DNA of 32,000 bases from Desulfurococcaceae archaeon MEX13E-LK6-19. GTDB lineage: Archaea; Thermoproteota; Thermoprotei_A; Sulfolobales; Desulfurococcaceae. The position numbers were made by a program, and so were the translations under genes. The notes under the pieces were generated by a model that was not told the origin of the DNA, searched no databases, and saw only the letters and a program-made list of their open reading frames with translations. This document shows, piece after piece, positions 1 to 8,777 of this stretch (position 1 is the stretch's first letter; every line of letters starts with the position of its first letter). The stretch is from contig CP072660.1 in the NCBI GenBank assembly GCA_029637525.1, positions 799,612-831,611 on the forward strand, read 5' to 3'.

Positions 1-1078
1 GCTTCGCGAGAACTTGCCTAAGGTTATAATGGTTAGTACTGGAGGAACCATTGTATCAAAAGTTGACTATGAAACAGGTGCCGTGAAGCCAGCTTTATCA
101 ACGGCAGAGCTTCTCGAATGGATACCTGAAATTGGTGACATCGCGTATATAGATATGGTTGAAGTTGCTAGGATCTTTAGTGAAGACATGACGCCTAGTA
201 TGTGGGGGTTTATCGCTGAAAAAGTCTACAAGTACATGATCGATGGGTATGATGGAGTTGTTATAGCGCATGGCACTGATACAATGGGATATACTGCTGC
301 GGCATTGGCGTTTGCAATAAGAAACAAGAGAACACCAATAGTACTCGTGGGCTCACAGAGGAGTAGTGATAGACCTAGTACGGATTCAGCATTTAACCTC
401 AAAGCGGCTTTCCTGACGGCTGCAAGGGCTCCTTTTGCTGAGTCAGTGGTAGTAATGCATGGTGAGACTGGAGATACTTATGCTCTAGCTCATCGTGGAA
501 CAAAAGTTAGGAAAATGCATACTAGTAGGCGTGATGCGTTTCAGTCAATAAACGATAAGCCTCTCGCAATAATATACCCTGATAAAATGGAGATCAAGAT
601 AATCAATAAGATTATTGAATATCGTGGCAAAGACAAAGAACCGATATTAATGAATAAATTTGATGATAAAGTTGTATTGTTAAAGACGTATCCTGGTATG
701 GAGCCCGAGATCATAGACTTCTTTGTTGACAAAAAGTATCACGGAATAGTGCTTGAAGGTACTGGTCTTGGCCATACACCACAGAGACTCATCGACTCAA
801 TCAAGAGGGCGGTCGAGGAAGGAATACCTGTCGTAATGACTAGCCAGTGTCTCTTCGGCCGTATAAATATGCATGTCTACAGTACTGGAAGAAAACTATT
901 GGCAGCAGGGGTCATACCTGGTTCTGATATGTTGCCTGAAACAGCTTATGTGAAACTCTCATGGATACTAGGGCAGACACGTGACTTAAACGAGGTTAGG
1001 AGGCTCATGCTAACCAATATCGCCGGCGAGATCAATGATAGACATACAGTTGATCTCTACCCGAGGTGGCCTCTATGA
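1..1078 (+). CDS. gatD: Glu-tRNA(Gln) amidotransferase subunit D (GatD), 5' partial. The frame is open to the left edge of the window.
   Basis: Type-I L-asparaginase fold motifs VSTGGTI and AHGTDTMGY are present. The stop TGA at 1076-1078 overlaps the ATG of the downstream gatE (ATGA). The reading frame continues upstream of the TTG at 14 to position 2. Confidence 0.9.
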   Translation, partial: LRENLPKVIMVSTGGTIVSKVDYETGAVKPALSTAELLEWIPEIGDIAYIDMVEVARIFSEDMTPSMWGFIAEKVYKYMIDGYDGVVIAHGTDTMGYTAAALAFAIRNKRTPIVLVGSQRSSDRPSTDSAFNLKAAFLTAARAPFAESVVVMHGETGDTYALAHRGTKVRKMHTSRRDAFQSINDKPLAIIYPDKMEIKIINKIIEYRGKDKEPILMNKFDDKVVLLKTYPGMEPEIIDFFVDKKYHGIVLEGTGLGHTPQRLIDSIKRAVEEGIPVVMTSQCLFGRINMHVYSTGRKLLAAGVIPGSDMLPETAYVKLSWILGQTRDLNEVRRLMLTNIAGEINDRHTVDLYPRWPL

Positions 1079-3009
1079 AGGAGGGTTCTCTTGATTACAA
1101 GCAATTAGGTCTAAAAGCTGGACTCGAGATCCATATACAGCTTGATACAAAGTATAAACTATTCTGTGACTGTCCAACAAAGCTGGTCGAGGAAGGCGAT
1201 GAAGACGTATTTGTTAGGGAGTTAAGGCCTGCGAAAAGCGAGCTCGGCGAAGTCGATGTGGCTGCTATGCTTGAGTGGAAGAAAGAACGTAAGTACGAGT
1301 ACCATGCCCCAAGAGAATCGTCTTGTCTAGTAGAAGCAGATGAGGAACCACCTCACGAGCTTAATAGAGAAGCTCTTGTTACGGCTCTTGCCGTTGCCAA
1401 GGCGCTTAACTCTATGATTGTTGATGAAGTCCATGTTATGAGGAAAATAGTTATTGATGGATCAAATACCACAGGTTTCCAGAGGACGTCAATCATAGCG
1501 TTAGGAGGCTACATAGAAGACGAAGAAGGTAGAGTCGGTATACAGACCATATGTCTAGAGGAAGATGCTGCACGTAAGCTATTTGAGGAGAAAGACAAGG
1601 TTGGCTACAAGCTCGATAGAATGGGCATACCATTGATAGAGATAGCCACAGCACCCGATCTAAGAACTCCTGAGCAGGCACAACGCGTGGCATTTAAGAT
1701 AGGTCAGCTTGTCAGGCTTACTGGTAAGGCGAAACGGGGATTAGGTACAATTAGGCAGGATCTCAACGTCTCAATAAAAGGTGGTGAGAAGATAGAAATC
1801 AAGGGTGTACAACACCTCTACCTTATATCTAAAGTCATAGAGTATGAAGCATTACGTCAAGTAAGACTGCTTGAAATAAAAGAGGAGCTTCTGAGAAGAG
1901 GGCTAAAACCTGATGATATAGAATTTAAGGTATATGATGTATCTGAGGTGTTTAAGAACACCAAGTCGAAGATCATACGGAGAATTCTTGGTAGGAAAGG
2001 CTATGGAGTCTACGCATTAGTGTTGCCCGGCTTCAAAGGAATTCTTGGACGAGAAGTACAACCAGGTAGAAGATTTGGTACGGAACTAGCGGATTATGCA
2101 CGCGTCTGGGGCGGTGTAGGAGGGCTATTTCATACAGATGAGCTACCAGCATATGGTATCTCTAGTGAGGAGGTAGCAGAGCTTTATAGAGTACTTAATG
2201 CTGACCCCGAGAAGGACGCTATTGTTCTTGTTGCTGATAAGAAGGAGAAAGCATACAAGGCTCTAGAAGCTGTTGTTGATAGAGCTAAGTATGCATTCAA
2301 GGGAGTTCCCCCAGAGACTCGTGCCGCGAATCCTGATGGTACAACAAGATACATGAGACCTAGACCAGGAGCAGCAAGAATGTATCCGGAGACAGATATA
2401 CCTCCTGTAGAGATAACCGAGGAGCTATTAAGTGAAGCCGAGAAGCTTGTCCCTGAACCATTTGATAAGAAGCTTAAGAGATATGTTGAAGAATACGGTC
2501 TTAGTCATGAGCTTGCCAAGGCGTTACTCAACAATATAAGACTTGACTTATTCGAGAAACTTGTCGTAAAATATTCTGGTAAAATACAGCCAACAATAAT
2601 TGCTGCAACAATAGAAAATACCTTGAAGAGCTTGAAGAGCGATGGTGTACCCGTTGAAAACATTAGTGATGAACATATTGAGGAAACGCTCGACCTGCTT
2701 GCAAGAGGAGTAATAGCTAAGGAGGCTATACCAGAAATACTAGCATACCTTGCCAAGAACCCTGATAGAAAAGCCGAGGAAGCAGTAAAGGAGCTAGGGT
2801 TCACAACTATATCACGTGAACAATTAGAGTCTATCGTAGATGAAGTAATTAAGCAAAACATTGCCGTTATAAAGGAGAAGAAAGAAAGAGCTTTCGGGAC
2901 AATTATGGGCAGAGTTATGGCCAAAGTACGTGGTAAAGCCGATGGTAAACTTGTGGCATCGATAGTTAAAGAAAAAATCTCGAAAATATTGTCGACCGAA
3001 ACAAAATGA
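1075..3009 (+). CDS. gatE: Glu-tRNA(Gln) amidotransferase subunit E (GatE)
   Basis: The GatB/GatE-type N-terminal core ([10 protein letters not shown]...) is present. The product is about 645 aa with a GatB/YqeY-like helical C-terminal tail. ATG 1075 overlaps the gatD stop, and a GAGGTGG SD lies at 1063-1069. The ORF-track start GTG 1066 is in the same frame. Confidence 0.92.
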   Translation: MKEGSLDYKQLGLKAGLEIHIQLDTKYKLFCDCPTKLVEEGDEDVFVRELRPAKSELGEVDVAAMLEWKKERKYEYHAPRESSCLVEADEEPPHELNREALVTALAVAKALNSMIVDEVHVMRKIVIDGSNTTGFQRTSIIALGGYIEDEEGRVGIQTICLEEDAARKLFEEKDKVGYKLDRMGIPLIEIATAPDLRTPEQAQRVAFKIGQLVRLTGKAKRGLGTIRQDLNVSIKGGEKIEIKGVQHLYLISKVIEYEALRQVRLLEIKEELLRRGLKPDDIEFKVYDVSEVFKNTKSKIIRRILGRKGYGVYALVLPGFKGILGREVQPGRRFGTELADYARVWGGVGGLFHTDELPAYGISSEEVAELYRVLNADPEKDAIVLVADKKEKAYKALEAVVDRAKYAFKGVPPETRAANPDGTTRYMRPRPGAARMYPETDIPPVEITEELLSEAEKLVPEPFDKKLKRYVEEYGLSHELAKALLNNIRLDLFEKLVVKYSGKIQPTIIAATIENTLKSLKSDGVPVENISDEHIEETLDLLARGVIAKEAIPEILAYLAKNPDRKAEEAVKELGFTTISREQLESIVDEVIKQNIAVIKEKKERAFGTIMGRVMAKVRGKADGKLVASIVKEKISKILSTETK

Positions 3010-3193
3010 GGAAAACAAAACAATTTTTCTAAACATGTCTAGACATGGGATGGTTAAGAACTAATCAGTTGTAAAAAGCTTATTTACTGAAAAATACAAT
3101 CATAGATATCGGACGATGAGGAATACTCCCGACAATGAATGGTGATTAGAAGGCATTTGGCCGAGTCATCTGTTACTTATATCATTCTATATT

Positions 3194-3247
3194 GTGATGA
3201 AGCGCCCGGTACGACCTCGTGGGATGAGTGGGCAACGAGCGTGCTGA
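3194..3247 (+). ncRNA. Candidate C/D-box-like small RNA (GC-rich island in an AT-rich spacer)
   Basis: GTGATGA (C-box consensus RUGAUGA) lies at 3194-3200. An internal GGGATGA (C'-like) lies at 3221-3227. CTGA (D box) lies at 3244-3247. The total length of 54 nt is typical of archaeal C/D sRNAs. No clean D' box is present and the C'-D spacer is 16 nt rather than about 12. Confidence 0.35.
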
Positions 3248-3345
3248 TGAGAGTAACTATTTATTCTATTTGCTATTAATGTATATTTGTGAAAGATGAA
3301 GATTTTGGCCGCTGCTGAGCCCATGTTGGGACTGATTATAAGGCG

Positions 3346-3726
3346 GTGAAGAAAATGGTAGCCACTGAACTACTTAGTGGTATAGAGAAAATAGCTAGAC
3401 TTCTTGGAGAAAAAGGATTCAATGTTAGTGTCCGTTCTATTAGAGAAAAGAACTTATTTAATGAAGTTACGGAGTTTGAACTTGTTAGAGCTGTATCAAA
3501 AGACATGGGTTTCGTCCTTTCTGTGAGAATAGGGAAGGCGTTAGAATCTAGGATACATGTCTATTACGCTAAGAGATCTGGTGACTTGGAAGACCTTGTT
3601 GATGAACTGGAGTCGCTAGGTTTTTCAGTAAGTGTTGATGATAAAGGAATTACTGCTTCCACTCAAACAAGTCTCGATGATGCTTATAGGATTGTTACCA
3701 GGTTAGTTGATGTACTTAAAACTTGA
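3346..3726 (+). CDS. Hypothetical small protein with a three-fold internal 'helix + GF-x-[VL]-SV' repeat
   Basis: This is an ORF of 126 aa. The likely true start is ATG 3355, 6 nt after GGTGA (3344-3348). GFNVSV, GFVLSV and GFSVSV occur at residues 24, 55 and 92. Confidence 0.6.
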   Translation: MKKMVATELLSGIEKIARLLGEKGFNVSVRSIREKNLFNEVTEFELVRAVSKDMGFVLSVRIGKALESRIHVYYAKRSGDLEDLVDELESLGFSVSVDDKGITASTQTSLDDAYRIVTRLVDVLKT

Positions 3727-3777
3727 TGTAAGATACTGCTTTATCAATCAATAACTGTATGTGGTGAAAGAAATACT

Positions 3778-4692
3778 TTGGAAAAGAAATCTGATGTCGA
3801 TGCAGTTTTCATCGACTACCTAAATGAGTATCGTGATAAGAGTCTTGATGAGTTGGCGTCAATTCTAGGCATTTCAAGAGCAACTCTTTACAGAAGACTG
3901 GGACTGCTGAAGAAAAACGGATTAGTAAAGAAATACGGCATAAAAACATGGTGTATAGGCTATGGTGTCTCAATATGGTTTCTTTTACCGTTGGGCGTAG
4001 GTATAAACACCAACATTATGCTGAGCAACGGCATTCTTAGAGATACTATTGATTCAGTATATGTGACGTACTCGCCTTCAAGAACAATTATTGTCAAACA
4101 CTTCTATCGTAATGAAGAAGAATGTATGCTAATAAACGAAGCTTATACAAAACTGTTGAGTGATTATTTTGAGCCTATTGAAAGTATATCTACAAACCAC
4201 ATAATAATCCCCAGACTATACTATGGCAGTAAAAAGGTATGTATTGAAGTAGGGAACTATAATTGCCCTAGGCTCGAATTTGATGGGATAGATACTATAA
4301 TCGTTGATGGATTGATAAGAGGCATAGATACAATAAATGAGATATCTAATAGATACCATATCTCAGTGTCGACGGTAAGATATCATTACAGAGAACATGT
4401 TAAAAGAATCATCTACACGAAAGTGTATGTTTTACGTAAGCAAGTAAATGTAATAGGAGAGTTCGTTACAAACAACATCGAGTCTCTGCTAAAAATGCTC
4501 AATATATTATACGCCAATGGTACTATAGACTATATCGACAGTATATACTTGATAAATACGACAAATCCTGTGGTTGCATACGTTGAAATGCATGGCAATG
4601 TGATTAATTTGTTGAGAGATGTTGAGGAGTTATTCAATGTCGGACTAATCGATGATGCTAAGATATACAGTGTTTTTGGTAGGTCGTATTAA
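3778..4692 (+). CDS. Putative HTH/wHTH transcriptional regulator (two HTH-like segments)
   Basis: The N-terminal segment LDELASILGISRATLYRRLGLLKKNGLV is a classic HTH/winged-helix signature. A second HTH-like segment is INEISNRYHISVSTVRYHYREHV. The start is TTG, with GGTGA about 11 nt upstream. The gene is AT-rich. Confidence 0.6.
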   Translation: MEKKSDVDAVFIDYLNEYRDKSLDELASILGISRATLYRRLGLLKKNGLVKKYGIKTWCIGYGVSIWFLLPLGVGINTNIMLSNGILRDTIDSVYVTYSPSRTIIVKHFYRNEEECMLINEAYTKLLSDYFEPIESISTNHIIIPRLYYGSKKVCIEVGNYNCPRLEFDGIDTIIVDGLIRGIDTINEISNRYHISVSTVRYHYREHVKRIIYTKVYVLRKQVNVIGEFVTNNIESLLKMLNILYANGTIDYIDSIYLINTTNPVVAYVEMHGNVINLLRDVEELFNVGLIDDAKIYSVFGRSY

Positions 4693-4716
4693 TGATATTA
4701 TATTGAGGTTTGGGCA

Positions 4717-5997
4717 ATGAAAATAAAGTATTGTGATTTGAATATCGTTAGTTTAAGAAGTGGAGATGAAATAGTTGTAAACAATAGTGAAATAGACTCT
4801 GTACCAATACTTCCACAAATACTCCAGTTAACTAGATCTAAGTTATCTATAGAGAATGATGAGGTATCGTGTATTATAGGAGTTGGAGGAGTAAAATACT
4901 GTAAAGATGATGGTGTGAACACTGTTTACTCGAAAAAAGGTATTCTTACGTGTGCTTGGAAACCGTATATATCATTAGCTGAACTAGAGAATTTTTTAAC
5001 TAAGCATGGTGTTCTAGAAGAAAAGAAGACATTAGCAATATTTAATCCATTATTCTCTAGCACATGTATTCCATATGACAATACATTATTTTGTATGGAA
5101 GCTTTCTCTGCTAGAAGACTAGAAACAGACATTACTGAGAAACAATTTAGCGAAATAGTTTTCACAAGTAATTGGCGACTACGTATAGATCGTGGAGAAC
5201 TACTGCTTTCAAGCCCTATAGGGACCTTCTATAGAATTAATACTGGTTATATGAGCACTTTTTATGATGAAATCAATAACGTGTACATTATGAAAAGCGA
5301 TAGTGTAGTCATTGCGGTAAACAATCGACACAATGTAATTTACGTAAATACTATGGATGACTTGACTCTTGAAGGTAATTTAAAGAGTTACCAATTAGCT
5401 TTCTTAAACCCATACTATGTCGCTACAATGTTTATTGACAATAATGTTCTCGTCAAAAGTAGTGTGGGATGGCTTCTTATCGAAGAGCCTCATGTTCTTG
5501 GTATTGTGAATCCTCGGAACAAGATTATCGAGATAGGTAAGAATATTGTTTTAGAGAAAGGAGAATATTTGCTCTTACCCATGGATGGAAAGAATTATGG
5601 TTTTGTACATAACTATTATTTATCCTCTTTAATTAATAGCAATAACTGTATCATACTGGAGAAGAATTTTGTTGCATATAACAAATACTTAATACGTATG
5701 TATCCTTCGAAAGCTCTTGTAGGCGATCTTGTGTTTGGTGAAGACGGGATAGTATTCACTATTTTTAATCCTCACGAAAACACCACGCTTATTGAGTATT
5801 ATGCTGTATTTCCTTTTGAGAAAATAACTATACGTAATGCATGGTTTCCAGAGGGGTATGAGCCAGTCTATGTAAAACCTAATCTTGCTAGAATAACTTT
5901 AAGGCCATGGGAGGTAGCATTAGTAAGTATTGTGTTTAGGAAAATACCTATTAGAACACTTAAGTATATGTTGTTTATACGAGGTAGTATAGGTTGA
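4717..5997 (+). CDS. Hypothetical protein (426 aa). I recognise no motif in it.
   Basis: The ORF is long and uninterrupted, with GAGGT upstream of the ATG. Its stop overlaps the start of the downstream phosphatase (TTGA at 5994-5997). The sequence has a beta-rich look, no signal peptide and no TM segment. GC is about 28-32% on sampled lines. Confidence 0.65.
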   Translation: MKIKYCDLNIVSLRSGDEIVVNNSEIDSVPILPQILQLTRSKLSIENDEVSCIIGVGGVKYCKDDGVNTVYSKKGILTCAWKPYISLAELENFLTKHGVLEEKKTLAIFNPLFSSTCIPYDNTLFCMEAFSARRLETDITEKQFSEIVFTSNWRLRIDRGELLLSSPIGTFYRINTGYMSTFYDEINNVYIMKSDSVVIAVNNRHNVIYVNTMDDLTLEGNLKSYQLAFLNPYYVATMFIDNNVLVKSSVGWLLIEEPHVLGIVNPRNKIIEIGKNIVLEKGEYLLLPMDGKNYGFVHNYYLSSLINSNNCIILEKNFVAYNKYLIRMYPSKALVGDLVFGEDGIVFTIFNPHENTTLIEYYAVFPFEKITIRNAWFPEGYEPVYVKPNLARITLRPWEVALVSIVFRKIPIRTLKYMLFIRGSIG

Positions 5998-6920
5998 ATA
6001 TCAAGAGTACAGGAGATTTTGTTGATAAGATAAGGTCTGTAGTTACGGATAGTAATGAAGTAATTAATACAATTGCTATGTTTGTGCAGAAGAACAGAGA
6101 ATCAACGGGCTTTATTGAACGTAGGTTTGCCCAGGGAGTAATCTTAAGGAAAGGTTTTAAGAAACTCGTTGTAGTAGGCGATCTTCACGGAGACTTTAAT
6201 TCTCTACTAAAGATACTTGATAGAGAAAAAGTTTTTGAGAAAATAAATGATATGCTTTTGGTCTTTCTAGGCGACTATATTGATAGAGGTTATATGCAGC
6301 TCGAAACGATACTAGGGGTATACTTACTTAAAGCAATGTATCCAGGTAACGTAGTCTTACTTAGAGGAAACCATGAGCCTCCACCTGACCTAGTACCTTA
6401 TCCTCATGATTTCCCTGATGTATTGTTTACAAAATATGGTGGTGAATGGCGTAGAGTATACAAGTACTTTATGATGTCTTTCCAGAAACTACCATTGTTT
6501 GCAATACTTCCTGGCGAAATATTCTTTGTACATGGTGGTCCACCAAAAACTTTCCTTAAAGCAAGGACGTACTTAGAAGCACTAGGCTTAACGACTCCAT
6601 TACCTGATGATATCATTATTGAAGAGATCCTTTGGAGTGATCCGCTGGAAGAGAAAAATGTTGACTACACACTGTCATATAGGGGAGCTGGTATATTGTA
6701 TGGACGAAGAATTGTTGAAAAAGCACTTGAGTTAACAAACACAAAGGTTATCATGAGAGCTCATGAGCCAGTTATAGGAGGCTTCAAGATAGATCATGAG
6801 GGTAGTGTGTTAACTATTTTCACAAGTAAAGTATATGGATCAGGGCAAGTAGCGTATCTTGTGATAACAGGAGATAGTATTGACCAGAGTAGAATACCGT
6901 TTTACGTTAGAAGAATTTGA
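5994..6920 (+). CDS. PPP-family Ser/Thr protein phosphatase (PP1-arch/PP2A-like metallophosphoesterase)
   Basis: The full PPP signature is present in order: GDLHGD, GDYIDRG, GNHE, HGG, RAHE. The TTG start overlaps the upstream stop, and GAGGT (5981-5985) lies 8 nt upstream. Confidence 0.85.
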   Translation: MNIKSTGDFVDKIRSVVTDSNEVINTIAMFVQKNRESTGFIERRFAQGVILRKGFKKLVVVGDLHGDFNSLLKILDREKVFEKINDMLLVFLGDYIDRGYMQLETILGVYLLKAMYPGNVVLLRGNHEPPPDLVPYPHDFPDVLFTKYGGEWRRVYKYFMMSFQKLPLFAILPGEIFFVHGGPPKTFLKARTYLEALGLTTPLPDDIIIEEILWSDPLEEKNVDYTLSYRGAGILYGRRIVEKALELTNTKVIMRAHEPVIGGFKIDHEGSVLTIFTSKVYGSGQVAYLVITGDSIDQSRIPFYVRRI

Positions 6921-6927
6921 GTGAATA

Positions 6928-7287
6928 TTAGAACAAGAAGAATATCTTCTTCTTCAAATCTATTGTAAGTACACCATTCTTATAAGTATAATTAATTTCT
7001 TTAGGTTTAAATCCTATTGGAATGGTGCAAAACATGCATTTTTCATTTTCAATACTGGTAGCGTAAACGTGTAGTTTCTTCGACCTAACAATAATTCTTA
7101 ATGAATCTTCCTCTATAGGGCCAGTAAACACGAGAATTCTCATCTTCCTAAATCCTTTCTCTACAATCTCGCAAGGCATTACATCAGTCCACTGTAACGA
7201 TGGGCCCTGAGACTGCATCGAAACTATTCCCCTGTGTAAAATAATTGTATTTAAAACACTAAAATACTTTTCATTGACCAAATACAC
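6928..7287 (-). CDS. Hsp20/alpha-crystallin-domain-like small protein
   Basis: The ACD-like pattern is PCEIVEKGFRKMRILVFTGPIEEDSLRIIV...LHVYA...IPIGFKPKEINYTYKNGVLTIDLKKK. The probable real start is ATG 7218 (MQSQGP...), with a TATA-like box at 7246-7253 on the minus strand. Confidence 0.6.
   Translation of the reverse strand: MYLVNEKYFSVLNTIILHRGIVSMQSQGPSLQWTDVMPCEIVEKGFRKMRILVFTGPIEEDSLRIIVRSKKLHVYATSIENEKCMFCTIPIGFKPKEINYTYKNGVLTIDLKKKIFFLF
7246..7253 (-). promoter_or_regulatory. TATA-like box (TTTAAATA on the minus strand) about 30 nt upstream of ATG 7218
   Basis: The plus-strand sequence TATTTAAA is the reverse complement of TTTAAATA, matching the archaeal TATA consensus TTTAWATA. The spacing is consistent with a leaderless or short-leader mRNA. 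Confidence 0.35.
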
Positions 7288-7371
7288 CCGGTTGTTCAGC
7301 GGTTATAAAGGTCAGTTTATAAATACCTCTAGTTATAATAGGGACAAAACAGGGAATAGAAGGCAATAGTA

Positions 7372-7707
7372 TTGGCTGGAGGATGCATGGGTGTGAAGAA
7401 GGAAACCGATTTAATATACATGGACTTCATTGATATAACAGATTCTTATCTCGGCGATCTAATAGAAGATGTTGTCACGAGATTCTATAGCGAGCTAGAT
7501 CTATCAGATGAATATGGTGAACTACTTGAATTCATAAGCAGTAAAATGATTGAGGGCTTGTTTGGGAAAGAATCAACACCTGACCCATCAGCTTATGAGA
7601 GTAAGCTAAGGAGACTTGTTGGTAGGAGCAATAGAACGAAGTTAATGAATGTCATAAGTTATCTAATAAGCCAGTACATTTCCTCTACTAGGGAAGAAAA
7701 CGAGTAA
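7372..7707 (+). CDS. Hypothetical acidic protein (111 aa)
   Basis: The ORF has GGAGGA at 7378-7383. Alternative starts are ATG 7387 and GTG 7393. I recognise no motif. Confidence 0.5.
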   Translation: MAGGCMGVKKETDLIYMDFIDITDSYLGDLIEDVVTRFYSELDLSDEYGELLEFISSKMIEGLFGKESTPDPSAYESKLRRLVGRSNRTKLMNVISYLISQYISSTREENE

Positions 7708-7752
7708 TTTTGTATAATCTTTATCTCGCCTGTTATATCATTACTCGGAGTG

Positions 7753-7760
7753 TATTTAAT
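7753..7760 (+). promoter_or_regulatory. TATA-like box (TATTTAAT) upstream of the 7780-8641 coding region
   Basis: This AT-rich octamer is centred about 27 nt upstream of ATG 7780/GTG 7783. That is the spacing expected for an archaeal leaderless transcript. Confidence 0.3.
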
Positions 7761-7945
7761 TCAATTAATCTCTGGGGGGATGGTGAGAAATACCTTCTTC
7801 AAAGAAACGAGGTAGAAGGAAAAAGAAAAAAGAGGAACAGCAAGTAGATGCACAGGCACAGGAAACTGTAGAAGAGAAGAAAACGAAGACAACTAGGAGG
7901 AGACGCAGTAGGAAAAGAAAACAAATAGATATTTCAGCACTTGCT

Positions 7946-8641
7946 ATGCAGTATAAAGATCATATTGTCGAGGCTCTTGGTCTCGATTTTCTTGGTCTTG
8001 ATGAACGTGTTATTGAACGTATTGTTAAAGATCTTATGGATGCTGTTGTAACGTCAACCAGCTATAAACCGTCACTAGATGTTATACTGAAGAGAATAGA
8101 GAGGCATAAGAAACAATTGTACAAGATCATAGTCTATAATATGCTTGAAAATATACCAGTGAAAAAAATGTCTATGCAACAACTGGAATTCGTGATTAAC
8201 TATGGAGAAGAAGTTTTGATACCCTATATTGATGAGCTGTATAAGGTTGCTGTAGCAAATAATAGGGATGACTTAGTTTCAATGCTTCAATATATTTGGG
8301 AGAAATATGGTAGACCATCACCTATTGCTTGCCCAAAATGTGGTTTTAGGTCGGTAATGCCTGACTTATCTTGTTTAGTGTGTGGTTATGTAGTTAAAGA
8401 GGATTATGTGAGGGAAAAACTTGATTTTGATACGAAGTTCATGGAGTATATAAAGAGTGCAAGTGTTGCCGAGCTAAGAGAAGTACTCGATATAGGATTT
8501 GTATTATTATCAGAAACGTGTATCAAAAGCCCCAAGGAAAGAATTGATCCTAGTCGTGAATTCTTCTACCAAATATACTTGAAGCCAAGAGACGTGTCTC
8601 TTATTCTTGAAGAAATTTCGAATCGTAAAATACCCGTCTAG
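7946..8641 (+). CDS. Hypothetical Zn-ribbon protein (CPKCG...CLVCG). Its frame is open upstream to 7787.
   Basis: The ORF of 231 aa has a C-x2-C-x11-C-x2-C ribbon (CPKCGFRSVMPDLSCLVCG). The 53 in-frame codons upstream encode a K/R/E-rich tail but contain no ATG/GTG/TTG (see findings). Confidence 0.65.
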   Translation: MQYKDHIVEALGLDFLGLDERVIERIVKDLMDAVVTSTSYKPSLDVILKRIERHKKQLYKIIVYNMLENIPVKKMSMQQLEFVINYGEEVLIPYIDELYKVAVANNRDDLVSMLQYIWEKYGRPSPIACPKCGFRSVMPDLSCLVCGYVVKEDYVREKLDFDTKFMEYIKSASVAELREVLDIGFVLLSETCIKSPKERIDPSREFFYQIYLKPRDVSLILEEISNRKIPV

Positions 8642-8777
8642 TATACTATCCTTCTAGACATGTTTAAAATAGATCTTATTCATCCTAGATAATGAGTCAA
8701 AGGCATAATTTCAGTATATATAGCATGATTCTATATAAGGAGTTATAAGAGGAAAATGGTTTCTTGAGGAGAGGGCT

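Noticed and set aside
2505-3023. Long antisense ORFs inside well-supported genes. These are 2505-3023 and 2824-3036 in gatE, and 9988-10332 and 10768-11367 in the thermosome gene. Others are 19253-19717 in cdvB, 24489-25238 in the DRG gene, 26227-26589 in the TIM-barrel gene and 28250-28762 in the phosphohexomutase gene.
   Set aside because: Each lies entirely opposite a gene with unambiguous family motifs. Their translations are Ser/Leu/Phe-rich and low-complexity, as expected for the reverse complement of GAR/AAR-rich coding sequence. None has an SD or promoter-like context.
3034-3047. A perfect 14-bp palindrome CATGTCTAGACATG lies just after gatE. A matching half-site TCTAGACATG lies at 8653-8662, just after the Zn-ribbon gene.
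   Set aside because: About two 14-bp perfect palindromes are expected by chance in 32 kb. Recurrence of a given 10-mer on either strand has roughly a 6% chance. With only one full site and one half-site I cannot call it a regulatory motif.
3100-3180. A weaker box-like arrangement (CGATGAG ... GGTGATT ... CTGT) lies upstream of the first sRNA candidate.
   Set aside because: The D-box position reads CTGT, not CTGA. The region is not GC-enriched and the spacings do not fit.
3231-3241. GGCAACGAGCG inside the first sRNA candidate is identical in sense to the universally conserved 16S rRNA segment ...GCAACGAGCG.... I considered an rRNA fragment or a guide to that site.
   Set aside because: The match is only about 11 nt. 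It is same-sense rather than antisense, so it cannot guide modification there. The opposite strand has no C/D boxes.
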